This document shows positions 23,854-35,316 of a stretch of DNA of 64,000 nucleotides, piece after piece; position 1 is the stretch's first letter; every line of letters begins with the position of its first letter. This DNA is from Bispira polyomma (taxonomy: Eukaryota), in the NCBI GenBank assembly GCA_965649765.1, contig OZ287754.1, forward strand, positions 52,824,001 to 52,888,000. Reading direction: 5' to 3'. Both the position numbers and the translations under genes were made by a program. The notes below the pieces were generated by a model. It was not told the origin of the DNA and ran no database searches. It worked only from the letters and a program-made list of their open reading frames with translations.

Positions 23854-25169
23854 CCAGTCAGCAGTCTCCAAAGGGGGTGGTGTGTATCGAGCCATCCCAG
23901 CGTCACCTCTGGCCCTTTTTAGGGCCACCCGATTCTTCCAAGAACAATATGTTGAGCTTGTTGTTAAAAAAACATAAACCCCAAACATACAGATTACACT
24001 GTCCCCTCAAAAAAAAAATACACACATACACACAGAAATATAATTATCATTGTCCAAAAAAAAAAACAGAATAAAAATTAATGAAAGAAAAAAAAAAGCC
24101 CAAACAAACAGATTACACTGTCCCCTCAAAATAAATACACACATACAGACAGAAATATAATTATCATTGTCCAAAGAAACAAGTCCCAAACATTAGCCCA
24201 AACAAACAGATTATTTAGCCACGCAAAACAAATAACACTCACACAGACAAAACTTAATTATCGCCCCCCCCCCCCCCCAATAATAGTTTGTGAATGTCCA
24301 ACTTGTCCCTGTTTAGATAATTTTGTTTGAGAATAGGGAAAAAAAAGAAAGATTCAAAACCTCCCAAAATTGCCCCAAAATTCTCTAATTGAGAATAAAA
24401 ATCCTTACCCCATTGAAAAGATTTTGTTAAATGACAAGGGATACCAAATATGAGATATTATTAGGAAAAAAAAGTCTGTCAAATCTGTCCCTATAAGTAC
24501 CGAATTGAGATATCAAGTCCCCATCCCCATAGTAAATGTTTCTGATAAATAATGACAGACAATAATTGTAAGAAATTGTTTTAGAAGTGAAGACAGCACA
24601 AAGTCTGTCCCAAATAACCCAATAAGTACCAAACTGAGATACAAACTCCCCAGGCTATAGTTCACTGTGTGTGTTTTTTGGGGGAAAAAAACAGAAAAAA
24701 TTTTAAAGAAAAGGAATTGAGAATCTTTTTCTTAAACTTTAATTTTTGTGTTGATGCAATGAAAAGTTTTTTTTGTAGACAAAATAAATGAGCTCGTGAG
24801 ATAAAAGCTTCCAAATGAGTGGTCACACAACTTTTTTTGATTTTAACCCTTTATTGTCCAAAAAAACTGGCACCAAGGGTTCTTATTATGTCTGTGTGTG
24901 TAGGGCTTTTTACATTTTCAATGTTTTGAGGGGGAACTGGTTAAGTTGTATGTATGTAGGGGCCATAGGTATTACATTTAGTAATTGTTAGTGGTAATGG
25001 GTGGGGGGTGGGGGTGTAACAAACAGCTCAGATATTGTTTTTGAAATTCTTGGGTGGTCCTGAACAGGACCTTTTAACTTTTGGGTGGTCCTGAAAAGGA
25101 CCTTTTAAATTTTCTGGTACTGCAAGACCTCTGGGTTGGCTTCTCATCTGGCTCTTGTGGTTAGGCTCA

Positions 25170-25998
25170 GGCTAAACTCTTTCCTCTTGCCACAGGACTG
25201 CCCCCTCATTCATAGAATAGTCCATTAACACGTCCCTCTGTTCTTTGGCCGCCCATGATGGGTTTCTGTGGGTGGTAGGTTGACCTCCTACCAACTGGAC
25301 CTCCTAGCCTTAGGAGGCTTCTTGATGGCCACGTGCTTCCCATCGATAGATCCAACAGCATGAGGGATATTTCACCTGGTCCTGTACACTTTTTCTATTT
25401 TGAGCCAGTCTGCAGGGGTGGTTGGGCAGGCTAGATTTTCTTTCTCATATTCCCTAATGATGGCCTTGCATACTTCTGGTATAAACTTGGTGATAGATGA
25501 CTTCTCCACCCTGAACTGGTAAGACAGGGATCTGTAGCTCTCCTCAGTGGCCAGGTGCCTCAAAGTTACAGCCAGTTTCAGTCCAACATCCAAGGGCTTT
25601 CTGAATCAAGTTACTTCTTTCTTCACATGGGATATTATCCTATCCTTGATTTCGCCAAATATATCAGGTGGTAGCCTGAAAAAATTCTTGTATAAGGCTG
25701 CATCCCCTTCCTGTAGCTCCGGCACTAAGTTTGCGTAGTAGCCTAGGGCCTCTCTCTGACTGATCCAAGATGTGACCGAGCAGGTGGGTGACATACGTGT
25801 AAATCTAATCTTCTCCAGGGGAGCCCAAGGGGCGCGTGATGGTGTTGGGTTTAAATCTTCCTGAGCCTGAGCCTGAGTCTTGTCTTTCTCATGTTGTAAT
25901 ATAAGCATGATGATACATATTTCAGTCTCAAAAAGAACTAAAAATGTCCCTAGTCTCCTCAAAAAATCTTCATCACTTCTTCCTGGCATTTTACTCAC
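25170..25998 (-). pseudogene. Harbinger (HARBI1-like, DDE_Tnp_4) transposase, internally deleted
   Basis: YKNFFRL, FRKPLDVGLKLAVTLRHLAT..SYRSLSYQFRV..S.I.K.IPEVC.AI, P.TP..W, P.AVGSIDGKHVAIKKP, then a jump to the C-terminal AKEQRDVLMDY..EGAVLWQ. In-frame TGAs. Confidence 0.9.
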
Positions 25999-26657
25999 TT
26001 ACTCAATTATTAATGACCTGATTACTCAAAAAGAGTTTTAGGGTTCAAAAATAGGTACTTATAGGGTCTGCAAGCACTCCCGACTTTAATTTTTAGAAAG
26101 TTCGATCCTATTGGTCGGGATGACCAATACGTCAGATCCTATAGTCAATACGTTCTATCCTAAGCCAATACGTTCGATCTTATCGCCAATAAGTTCGATC
26201 CTATCCAGGTCGGGAAGGTCGGGGGTCAATGGAGTTCAAAGTCGTATGACCTTTACGTAAGATCAGGGTCGCGGGCCTGTCAAATCGGCACGCAATCAGT
26301 TTGATAGCGAAGGTCGGGGCACATTTTCATTTTTCCACCCAAAAAGTGGATTTTATTGATTTTTTGGTCTCGACCTTCCCGACTTTAAAGTCGGAGTCTT
26401 TTTACCGATCAAACTTGAGTGTGGAACCCCCTCTTGTGGGTAATAGACGTTTGATTGGGAACATGAGTCATCAATTGTTACAGATGATCATAGCTGTTTC
26501 TACTTTCACGACCGTAACTAGCGATTTTGGGGCAATCTGTCCAACCTACACACATACCTCACAAATTTTCCCCACATAAATGAGTGACCAGGATGAAAAT
26601 TCACATTCGGAGAGAGGCCTGTAATTGTGTGAAGCAAGTGATTCTAACAATGAGGCA

Positions 26658-26892
26658 GAGGCCTCGGTGTCGCAGAGTTAACACATTCACCTCCCCACCT
26701 ACATGGTCCCAGTTTGAATGTCGGCCGAATCAGGATTTATGTGGGAAAGTTGGCAGTTACTTGCCGATGGCCACTGGTTTCCAGAGTGTATAAACCTGAC
26801 CACCTAGTATTCATCGGTTTCCTCCGGTGCCGAAACAGCCCGTCATGATATGACCTGTACAATGGTTTAAAAGTGACGTTAAACCCAAAAAT
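26658..26892 (+). mobile_element. tRNA-derived Meta/MESC-like SINE family B, diverged
   Basis: Degenerate A/B boxes. Core TATGTGGGAAAGTTGGCAGTTACTTGCCGATGG..GGTTTCCTCC..AAAGTGACGTTAAACCC. Confidence 0.8.
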
Positions 26893-28084
26893 CTAATGTA
26901 ACCACAAGGCCATCATAGCATATTGTGTGTGTATGTATTTCTTCCTTAAGTAGTCGGCATGTCTAACAACAGGATGTGAACACATGTAGTTTCTATTTGG
27001 CTTCATAAAGACTTAATCTGTGTACGGCCAACTTTTAGTGTTGTTCCACTTTGGCGTCACCTATTGATAGAGGCAATAGTAATAAGTCATATTAGTAATT
27101 TGTTTACTTTGTAATTCTCCGAGAATAAGGTATCTTCAGTGCGTGAGGCCTGGGCTTGATTCCCAGTGATGTACATACAGGACATCATTATGTTGGCAAT
27201 ATGGTATAAGTTAAAATTTTTTAACTCCTTTACTACTGGGCAAACAAATGTCATATTAAAGTAGGGGTGAGCATTGCGCATGAAAATCGTATTGTGATTT
27301 ATTGTGATATTTCAGTCATATTCACTTATATCGCTTATAAATCGTAAGCAGTGATCACAAAAGGACTAACACAGACAATGTCAACAATTCATACATTCAT
27401 TCATTAAAATCATTAAATATAAAATAATATCAACAAAGAATTCCATCGACTTTCCTTTATTTATATCTATAATGGGTGTATATGTATATTTTAGATATTC
27501 GGCAAGACTCCATACAATTTGTTACTGTCACTGTAGGTTTCAACAGTTTAAGACAGAGAATTGGCTTAAATCAGAGGTTTAATTAGTTAAAAATAGTAGG
27601 TTCCTAGGTACCTGCGTACAGTAGTCTTGGCACCAGAACTTTTGATCCTTCCATTTATCTTTTCCACACCAGGTGTTCGGGTACCACTTGGTCATTTAAT
27701 TCCAATGTTCGCAGCAACAGATAAAAAAAAAACTCAGTACTTGGATATCTGGTTGTGTGTGGAAATATAATATAGATACTCAGGACTTTGCCAACCAAAG
27801 TAGCTTCTGCCTTTCAACAGCTACTTACCCAATAATAGTACTTCTATTTAGGTTGCTTGGTGTTTTTTTTCCAACTGAATCATAGGTATACATGTTCATA
27901 ATCTATAATGTACCAGGTCTAAGACATACCAGGTCAGGTAACTAGAATGCAGTTATTAAGTTATAATTAAACCTGTCAAGTAATAACCCAGCGGGCACAT
28001 CAACGTTGAATCAACGTTGAATCAAACGGTGAAATCACCGTTAGCTTCAGGGTGAAAATGCAAATGGATACGGTAGTCAGTATT

Positions 28085-28500
28085 GAACTTTGATTTCAGG
28101 TTTGATTTAAGACGTTGATTTCAGGTTTGATTTAAGACATTGATTTCAGGTTTGATTTAAGACGTTGATTTCAGGTTGAAAAGACGTTGATTTCAGGTTG
28201 AAAAGACGTTGATTTCAGGTTGAAACGACGTTGATTTCAGGTTTAAACAATGTTGATTTCAGGTTGAAATGATGTTGATTTCAGGTTGAAACGACGTTGA
28301 TTTTAGGTTGAAATGACGTTGATTTTTGGTTGAAATGACGTTGATTTCTGGTTGAAAGCATGTTGATATTAGGTGGAAATGATATTAATTTCAGGTTGAA
28401 ACAGTGTTGATTTTTGGTTGAAATCGTGGTGATTTTAGGTCAAAATCATGTTTGTTTTTGGTTGAAATTGTGTTGGATTAAGGTTGAAATAATAAGCATT
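28085..28500. repeat. Left subterminal 20-22-bp tandem array (GACGTTGATTTCAGGTTGAAA) of the CMC element
   Basis: About 20 units that decay inward. Confidence 0.9.
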
Positions 28501-29101
28501 TCAGGCTAAATTATGTCAATATCAGTTTGACTTGACACAGATTTATTATTTTGTTTCATCAGGTTAATTTTACCTTAAAAAGTGGACTAAAATTTAATGT
28601 GATTTCCATGTGAAGAATATTTAAAAACTCAAAATGGACTTCATACTTTATTTTCTTTAAAATAAGTTTAGCACATTACATACCAATTACAATGTTATGA
28701 TACAAAGATTTTATTGTCAAAAATTACTGTAAAATATAAACTCAGTGGTAATTGCACAAATATTCCTGCAACACTAGATAAATATAGGCTGAATCATGTC
28801 AAGTATACAAGTCACAAAGTGTTTATAAAAATAATAGGAAACACTTCATAGAGTAATTGTAACTTTCAATTAGAATTACTGAAAATAGTGGCTAAGCAAT
28901 GGACTTCAATATACCATTATAATTTTTAAAAAAGGCAAAGTGTATAATGTGTGACAAAATAGACATGTATGTAATAGTGTATATATTATAGAAGTGAACA
29001 TAAATATTAATTTAAGTTACCTGATAAATTGCAAACTGAAGAAGTGAACAACTTCATTATAAAATTGCTAAAAGCACGGACTATCAAACAGTTCTAAAGC
29101 A

Positions 29102-30140
29102 AACTAGACCTAGCGCATCGGAGAACCAATGCATATTTGTATCCACCAGAAAGGCAAACCACCCTAGGTAGCAAGCACCCAAGCTAGGAGCCTATGATTT
29201 ACTATGGAGCATTTATGCTAAAGCCTTAATCGCACAAGTGGGTTTCATATTTTGCGAACGTGGGACCAATAAGTGTGAGATAGGCACTTAAAATTTGGCC
29301 CACCCGTTTGACCTTGCACAAGGGATCCAACGTCAAATCTGACCACAGGAAAAGATCAGCAGCTCATGATTTTCTATATGTTGGTTTCACATCCCAAACC
29401 AGTACAACCAATAATAAGCGAGATATAGACACTTTTAAGTGCGGCCATCTGCATTTGACCTTGAATGAGGACCCCATGGTCAAATCGGACTACATCAAAA
29501 GATTCCCAGCCCATGATCTCCAATAGGTTGGTTTCACATCCAAAACCTGTTCGATCAAAAATTAAGCGAGATATAGGCACTTTTAGGTTTGGCCATCCCT
29601 GTTTGACCTGGAAGGAGAAGGCCAAGGTCAAATCTGAGCACATCAAAAGATTCCCAGCCCATGATTTCCTGTAGGTTTGTTTAAGATACCAAACTTTTAG
29701 GACCAATATTAAGCGAGATATAGGCACTAGGAAAAGTTTGGCCAAACTCTGTCACTTGGGGTACTATGGTACTCTGTCGATTACCTTGAATGAGAAGATT
29801 CAAGGTCAAATGTCTGCATGCTTTTAAAAGACATACACATCCATTAAAAATATCACCTGTAAAGAGATTCAACCTTCTACAGCTGAGAAATAGACACAGT
29901 TAAAAGCCTGATTATTTTTAAAGAAACGTCTGTGACGACCATCTTGTTTGTCAATATGATGCCAAAATTACTCCCAGAAAGCTTTTGTAATAAAGAACAT
30001 TTTCTGTAAATTTCAGGAGCCTAGGTGTAAAAGTTTTCCCAGGAGAGCGGTAACGGTATAATCTCTACACACACTGACCCGTCGGCATAACGATGACTAA
30101 ACCATAGTATCCACTAGAGTTTTCCGATGGATACAATTAA
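29102..30140 (-). mobile_element. Helentron/Helitron-type non-autonomous element (HINE) with ~123-150-bp internal tandem repeats
   Basis: Minus-strand 3' end is hairpin GCATTGGTTCTCCGATGC then CTAGTTT. Subterminal IR TTGTATCCA (29137-29145) / TGGATACAA (30128-30136). Palindrome GTATCC..GGATAC. Repeats GACCTTG..GGTCAAATC..AAAAGATTCCCAGCCCATGA. Confidence 0.75.
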
Positions 30141-30261
30141 CATCAACCTGGTGAAGTGCACAAAAAAGACAACACACCATTTTTAAGCCATGTAACATTA
30201 AAAGAGATATTCAAGGGAGACCATGACGTGAAACGAAATGATTGCCCTTTTCAAGGGATGT

Positions 30262-30395
30262 TTAATTAGTGTCCTGCCTATTGGGAATAGATTTTCTTCC
30301 AGCAACCCCCTTTCTGTCTGGTGCGTACTTGAGGTACCTAGTAATATACATCATAATGTCTGTTTCAGTCCCTCCTCTGGCACTTTGCACTACAT
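30262..30395 (-). CDS. Terminal exon of a DUF4806-like protein (CMC accessory gene)
   Basis: TTTTGTTTTGCAG acceptor. Translates VVQSARGGTETDIMMYITRYLKYAPDRKGVAGRKSIPNRQDTN*; LKxAPDRxG is the C-terminal motif typical of this family. Confidence 0.7.
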
Positions 30396-32059
30396 CTGCA
30401 AAACAAAATTAAGCACGATAAAACAGTTTTCAATTTGTACGAGATCCTTATTTACAATACAAAGAATGCATTACTATATTTCATTTAATGCTTAAAGTTG
30501 GTGAAATATCACCTTAAAAAGGAAGAAAAAATGAAATATTCAAGCATTAAAAATTTTACCAGTAGAGCCAAAATATTAGGATTAATAGTCAGCACTACAT
30601 TGTAATTATATATTACAATGATCCAGATATGAACAAATAGATAGCATGCTTTAAAAAATAAAAACTACTTCTACTTTAAATACATAATAATTTAAGTTAA
30701 CAACCTTCTGTGTTATCCCTATTATATAAACAAAACAACCATTCATTGATCGATGAATGGGTCACATATGTCAGATGACGCTCAACAAAACAGACGGAAA
30801 TAAAAATAAAACCTCCTGGCAGTACATATTATAAGTACCAGTGAGTTTGAATCCATTTTAAGGAAATAAGAACGCTATAAAATACTGCCATATTCCTCAA
30901 TGATTGTATGTAAGGTTTACTATAAATTGTAAAACAAATCAAACAATTTGGTAATTAGGTCAAACCCTTAAAGGTTCAATTACAAAAAATATACAACTTT
31001 CTTAAAATATTAAAATGGCTGCATCATCCTTCGCACCAACCACGTGTGAATACCGAACATGGAGTCTAAAAGCCAAAGAGAAGAAGGTCAGAGTGCTGTC
31101 TACGCGATCCATAAAGGCTTTGCGCAATATGTCGAAGATCGATCGCGCATGCGCAGATCCATCTTTGAGAAGAACAGCACATTATTCAATATCTTTTGCC
31201 AATGTGAAAAAGACAATTACCTTTCACGATTGTACACATCTAAGTTTTTTCAAATGCCAGCTTTCCTCCATTCCCATTCATATTCATCTTTGACATACAC
31301 ATATTTGTCATCAATCTGAAAATTTGGAAAAGTTTATTCTTATAAAACACTTTTAAAATATAAATAAGGATTGTGTTTATAGGAGGTTTGTGGTACCGGG
31401 TATTAACTTTTCCTGATCAGCCACCAAAAAAAGCCATGAAGATATAAATGTCTGAAAATAACCACATATTTAATGCATTATTTACTTTAAAGCACCACAC
31501 ATACAAATTATTATACATATGGATACCACTAGGTTTATTAAAAATGATAACTTTACGAGTTCAGAAAACTTTGGGTGCAGTGGACATGATAACCCATATG
31601 TGATACCAATAAAAGCAAAAAGTCCAAGGTAACCCATTTAATTCATGCAACCATGTTGTTCAACCAGCATGCTTGCAGTGATAATGTTAGTTTTAAGTGC
31701 AAGCTGTTCATTAAGGAATATTCACATATAGGCAAACTGTATACCAAACTGGGTAAAGATATAAAAAATGCTTTGCCTTAAACAAGATAAAATCATTTTT
31801 AAATAGGCTTTACAGGAGCTCTTTTTTTCCATAACTTCTTTTGGCAGTCATCTTATTTTATAAATAATGCCAAATTTCAACATTATCATAGCAGTAAACA
31901 TATCCTGAAAATTTAGTAGACTAGTTGCAATAGTTTTCCTGTCAGAGCTTTACCGAAGAAAATCTCTCTATGCGTGGATTCGGATGTATCCACCGGATGA
32001 TTAATAATTTTTTTACATCATAAATTTCCCACCTTGGATCAAAAGTTTTATAAACTTAC

Positions 32060-32127
32060 CTCGGTATTATCCGTTTAACATTATTATCTCTGGCATCCAC
32101 ACCCCCAATGGTTTTGAGATAGGTCAT
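32060..32127 (-). CDS. Internal exon of the DUF4806-like gene
   Basis: TATTTCAG acceptor, AG|GTAAGT donor. MTYLKTIGGVDARDNNVKRIIPR fits the L..IGG......V.R pattern. Confidence 0.6.
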
Positions 32128-32289
32128 CTGAAATACATATGCAAAAATGTATCTCAAACCATAATATGGAATTGTATAGATATTTGTACTCATACTCTTG
32201 TACAATTTTTTTGGTATTTAAAACTATGCCAATTTGTACCCCGACCTACACCTTTTTGAGATCCGGGGAGACCAAAAAATGGGCACATG

Positions 32290-32420
32290 TATGCAGTAGC
32301 CCTTGGGCAAATTTTTAATATAGTATCATCACATTTCGACCAATCAGAGAAGTCACATGACAAAAACGCGTAATTTTTTGTCCTATATACAAACAAGCGC
32401 CCTTACGGGATGCTTAATAA
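32290..32420 (-). mobile_element. Terminal fragment of the same HINE family as 9445-10898
   Basis: ~120-bp match to 10780-10898, including the hairpin AAGCGCCCTTACGGGATGCTT. Confidence 0.75.
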
Positions 32421-34652
32421 AAATTTATTGTTCCCAGACAGAAGAATTAACAAATAGAAGAGCATAGAACGCTGTTCTCATTAACATAATATAACTATTA
32501 CGTAACTGCAGTGATATATACTGGCCAGTGATTGCTCCATTAAACAATATTTAAATTTTATTTGAAAGAATATCCAATGTAGTACAATGTAGTAGATGAA
32601 ATGCAATTGAGCGCGCTGGACAAAGGGCCTGTCAAACCTTTCAACAATGTGTCAATTTACAGTAAGAGAGTAATTAACACATTAGCCCAGGTAAAAAAAT
32701 CAGCCCCCTATGAATCGAATCAGTACTACAATAGATGTTTGAAGTAGAGGGTTATATTTGATTTGGTGATTAATGGTTCTCTAATGAGCTTCTTTGAAGA
32801 ATCCACAATGGCTCTACAAAGTGTTTTTTTGCGGAACCGACAACGGTTAGCCAGCCACTTCGATATTTTTATTATCAAAATTGAAAAGAATATAGTAAAG
32901 TTATTTTAGAGGGAGTCTTCTGATATTTTTTAAGGATTTTTTTTCAAATATTTGTTTTGTATTAAGTAGTAAACACTTTTGTATATATGTGCAATTTATA
33001 AACCTTCAACACTGTACCACAAGCAAGCCAGGGGAGTACAATGTAAACACACATAGATATTTCTGTAGGCAGTGGTGATCATATGTCACTCTCAAAAGGA
33101 ATTTAATTTCACTTAAACTCCTGTTTGGGTGATACCTATTGTGAAAATCAGGTGCTTCTTTTTAAAGAATATACTGTCTGCTTCCTTGGTCACATTATTG
33201 AATGACCTTGTTTAATAAATTACTCAGTTTAAGTTTACATTGGTACATCATATTCAGTAACTTTTAAATATATATTACATTTATTCATCAAAATTATGAT
33301 ATAAAATTATATTAACATAAAATTGCATTGCCTTACCTTTATTTATATTTATAATGGGTGTATGTGTATTTGGAAATTCGAAATGACTTTAAACAATACT
33401 TAAAAATACAACTTGTTACCGTCACCTTAGTTTTCAGCAGTTTAAGTCAAAATCAGGTGTTTCTTTAAATTAATAGTCCTCGCCTTCGGCTCGGACTATA
33501 ATTTTAATGAAACACCTGATTCTTGGCTATTCTCCTACACAGAAATAAGGCTACAGTGAGTAGATGATTCTTTTACTAGGCAATTAAGTGTAGGGGTGTA
33601 TACTCTAGCTGGCATGTTTAACAGAATTAATGAAATAAAAAAGTCAAACTAGAAATAAACTTGAATTCCAAGCTGTGTGCCCACTGGGTAGCCACATACC
33701 CACTTCTACATACAAATTGATACAAGTACCAATTTAAAGGAAATCCTCAACTCTTATTTTTCAAAAATACACACACACTGCTATGTTTTACCGGATATTA
33801 AAGGAATCTCTCAAACCCTCTTTTCCCCCCTGTGAAATTTTAGAAGTGTGCAATAAATTAATGTCATCTGTTTGACTGACAGTTTTATGTACCCCCAGTG
33901 GGATGCATGCACAGTGTGTTTGTACAGTCTACAGAGTAATGAGACTGCACATCTCACATATACACTAGAATTGTAAAATGGAAAGAGATTATTTTCACTC
34001 AAAGATTCTATATTCTGTTGTAGTGAAATAATATCAGTACTAAAAACATTAAATTAAAAAAAATAAATCTTGTAAACCTTCATTGTGTAGGATACTATGC
34101 ATTATACATTATATGTCTATTACAAAGGTAATTCCTTAAACACATTTTTTGGGGGAAGCAACAATAGCTTGAAAAAAGGACAATAGATGTGTTTATGCCA
34201 ACACATGTAAAAAAAAATTAAATTCTCCACACTTTTGAAATTGCCAACATTTATATACCTGAGTCCTATTCTATTTTGACCAGTGTATTTTTTGGACATT
34301 TGAAAAAATTACATTCATAACCATTTCAATTTAATATTAAAGTAATATTTCCATTAATTGACAAAAATTTCTGTTAAAAGAAATGGTAACACTAACAAAA
34401 ACACCATGCACAGAATTAACAAGATATGACTTTACATGAAATTTTTAAACTAAATAAAAAAATATAGTTGAACCTATATTATCAAAACTTATGTTATCCA
34501 AATAATCAATTTTATGAATTCAATTTTACTATCCCAAACTTATGTTTTTGTGTTGTTGTATATTAAAATCAGTATTCGATTATCTGAATAAAATGTTACT
34601 CTCAACATATTCGGATAATAAAGGTTCCACTAAAACTTTTTCGCCATTTCTA

Positions 34653-34980
34653 AGCCTACGTTCTCATGTACGCGATTTGCGGCAAACGACGGATGATTGC
34701 AATCACGAAATTGGATGCTGTTTTCTTATATAGCCTACGTCAGTATGCTACATTTAGACAATTAATAGATGTTAGCATCTAGTACACACAATTTCTCCAC
34801 CCGAATGCGTTTTTTTTCCTCTAAATGAATAAACCACCTGAATTCAGAAATTGCACATCAGATGTCAGAAATTGCAGTAGCACACTTGAAAACAAACATG
34901 ATAATTTATAGCAAGGGAAAACGTCACAATCGCAAATGGTGCGTCGTTTGCCACACATCGCATACATGAGAATGTAGGCT
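34653..34980. mobile_element. PIF/Harbinger-like MITE
   Basis: ~38-bp TIR AGCCTACGTTCTCATGTACGCGATTTGCGGCAAACGACG / CGTCGTTTGCCACACATCGCATACATGAGAATGTAGGCT. Confidence 0.75.
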
Positions 34981-35316
34981 TAGTCATATAGCAATAGAAT
35001 ATTTTGTTCACATGTTATTGCTCATTCACACTGCACCGAATGCGAACATACAGTTTCGTTGGTCCTTATAAATTAATGTAGGCATTCTTCACACTGCACC
35101 GATCGGGATATTGATCAAGAAATAAAGTCAGTCGAATGAAAAGTTGCATGAATTTTTTCATAAACAATATTTTATTGGAACAAAACAATCAGGCAAAATC
35201 AAAAAGATTATTATAAAGCCTTCTCGCAGGAAGATATATATACAAAAGAAACAAAATAGAAAAATAACATAGAATGACGAATGAAAAGATGAGAAGGTGT
35301 GTGGGCACTGTAGTGA

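Larger units (their letters stand above)
21680..26448. mobile_element. Decayed PIF/Harbinger transposon with two convergent genes; left TIR not found
   Basis: MADF gene on the + strand and Harbinger transposase on the - strand. Shared inverted subterminal motif. Putative right end GTGGGTAATAGAC at ~26448. Confidence 0.85.

Noticed and set aside
27612-27760. Further upstream exon of the host gene
   Set aside because: A CAG|GTACCT donor-like site is present, but I could not establish an acceptor and open frame.
28085-28500. CRISPR-like short repeat array
   Set aside because: Contiguous tandem units with no unique spacers, no cas genes and a eukaryotic context. Explained as transposon subterminal repeats.
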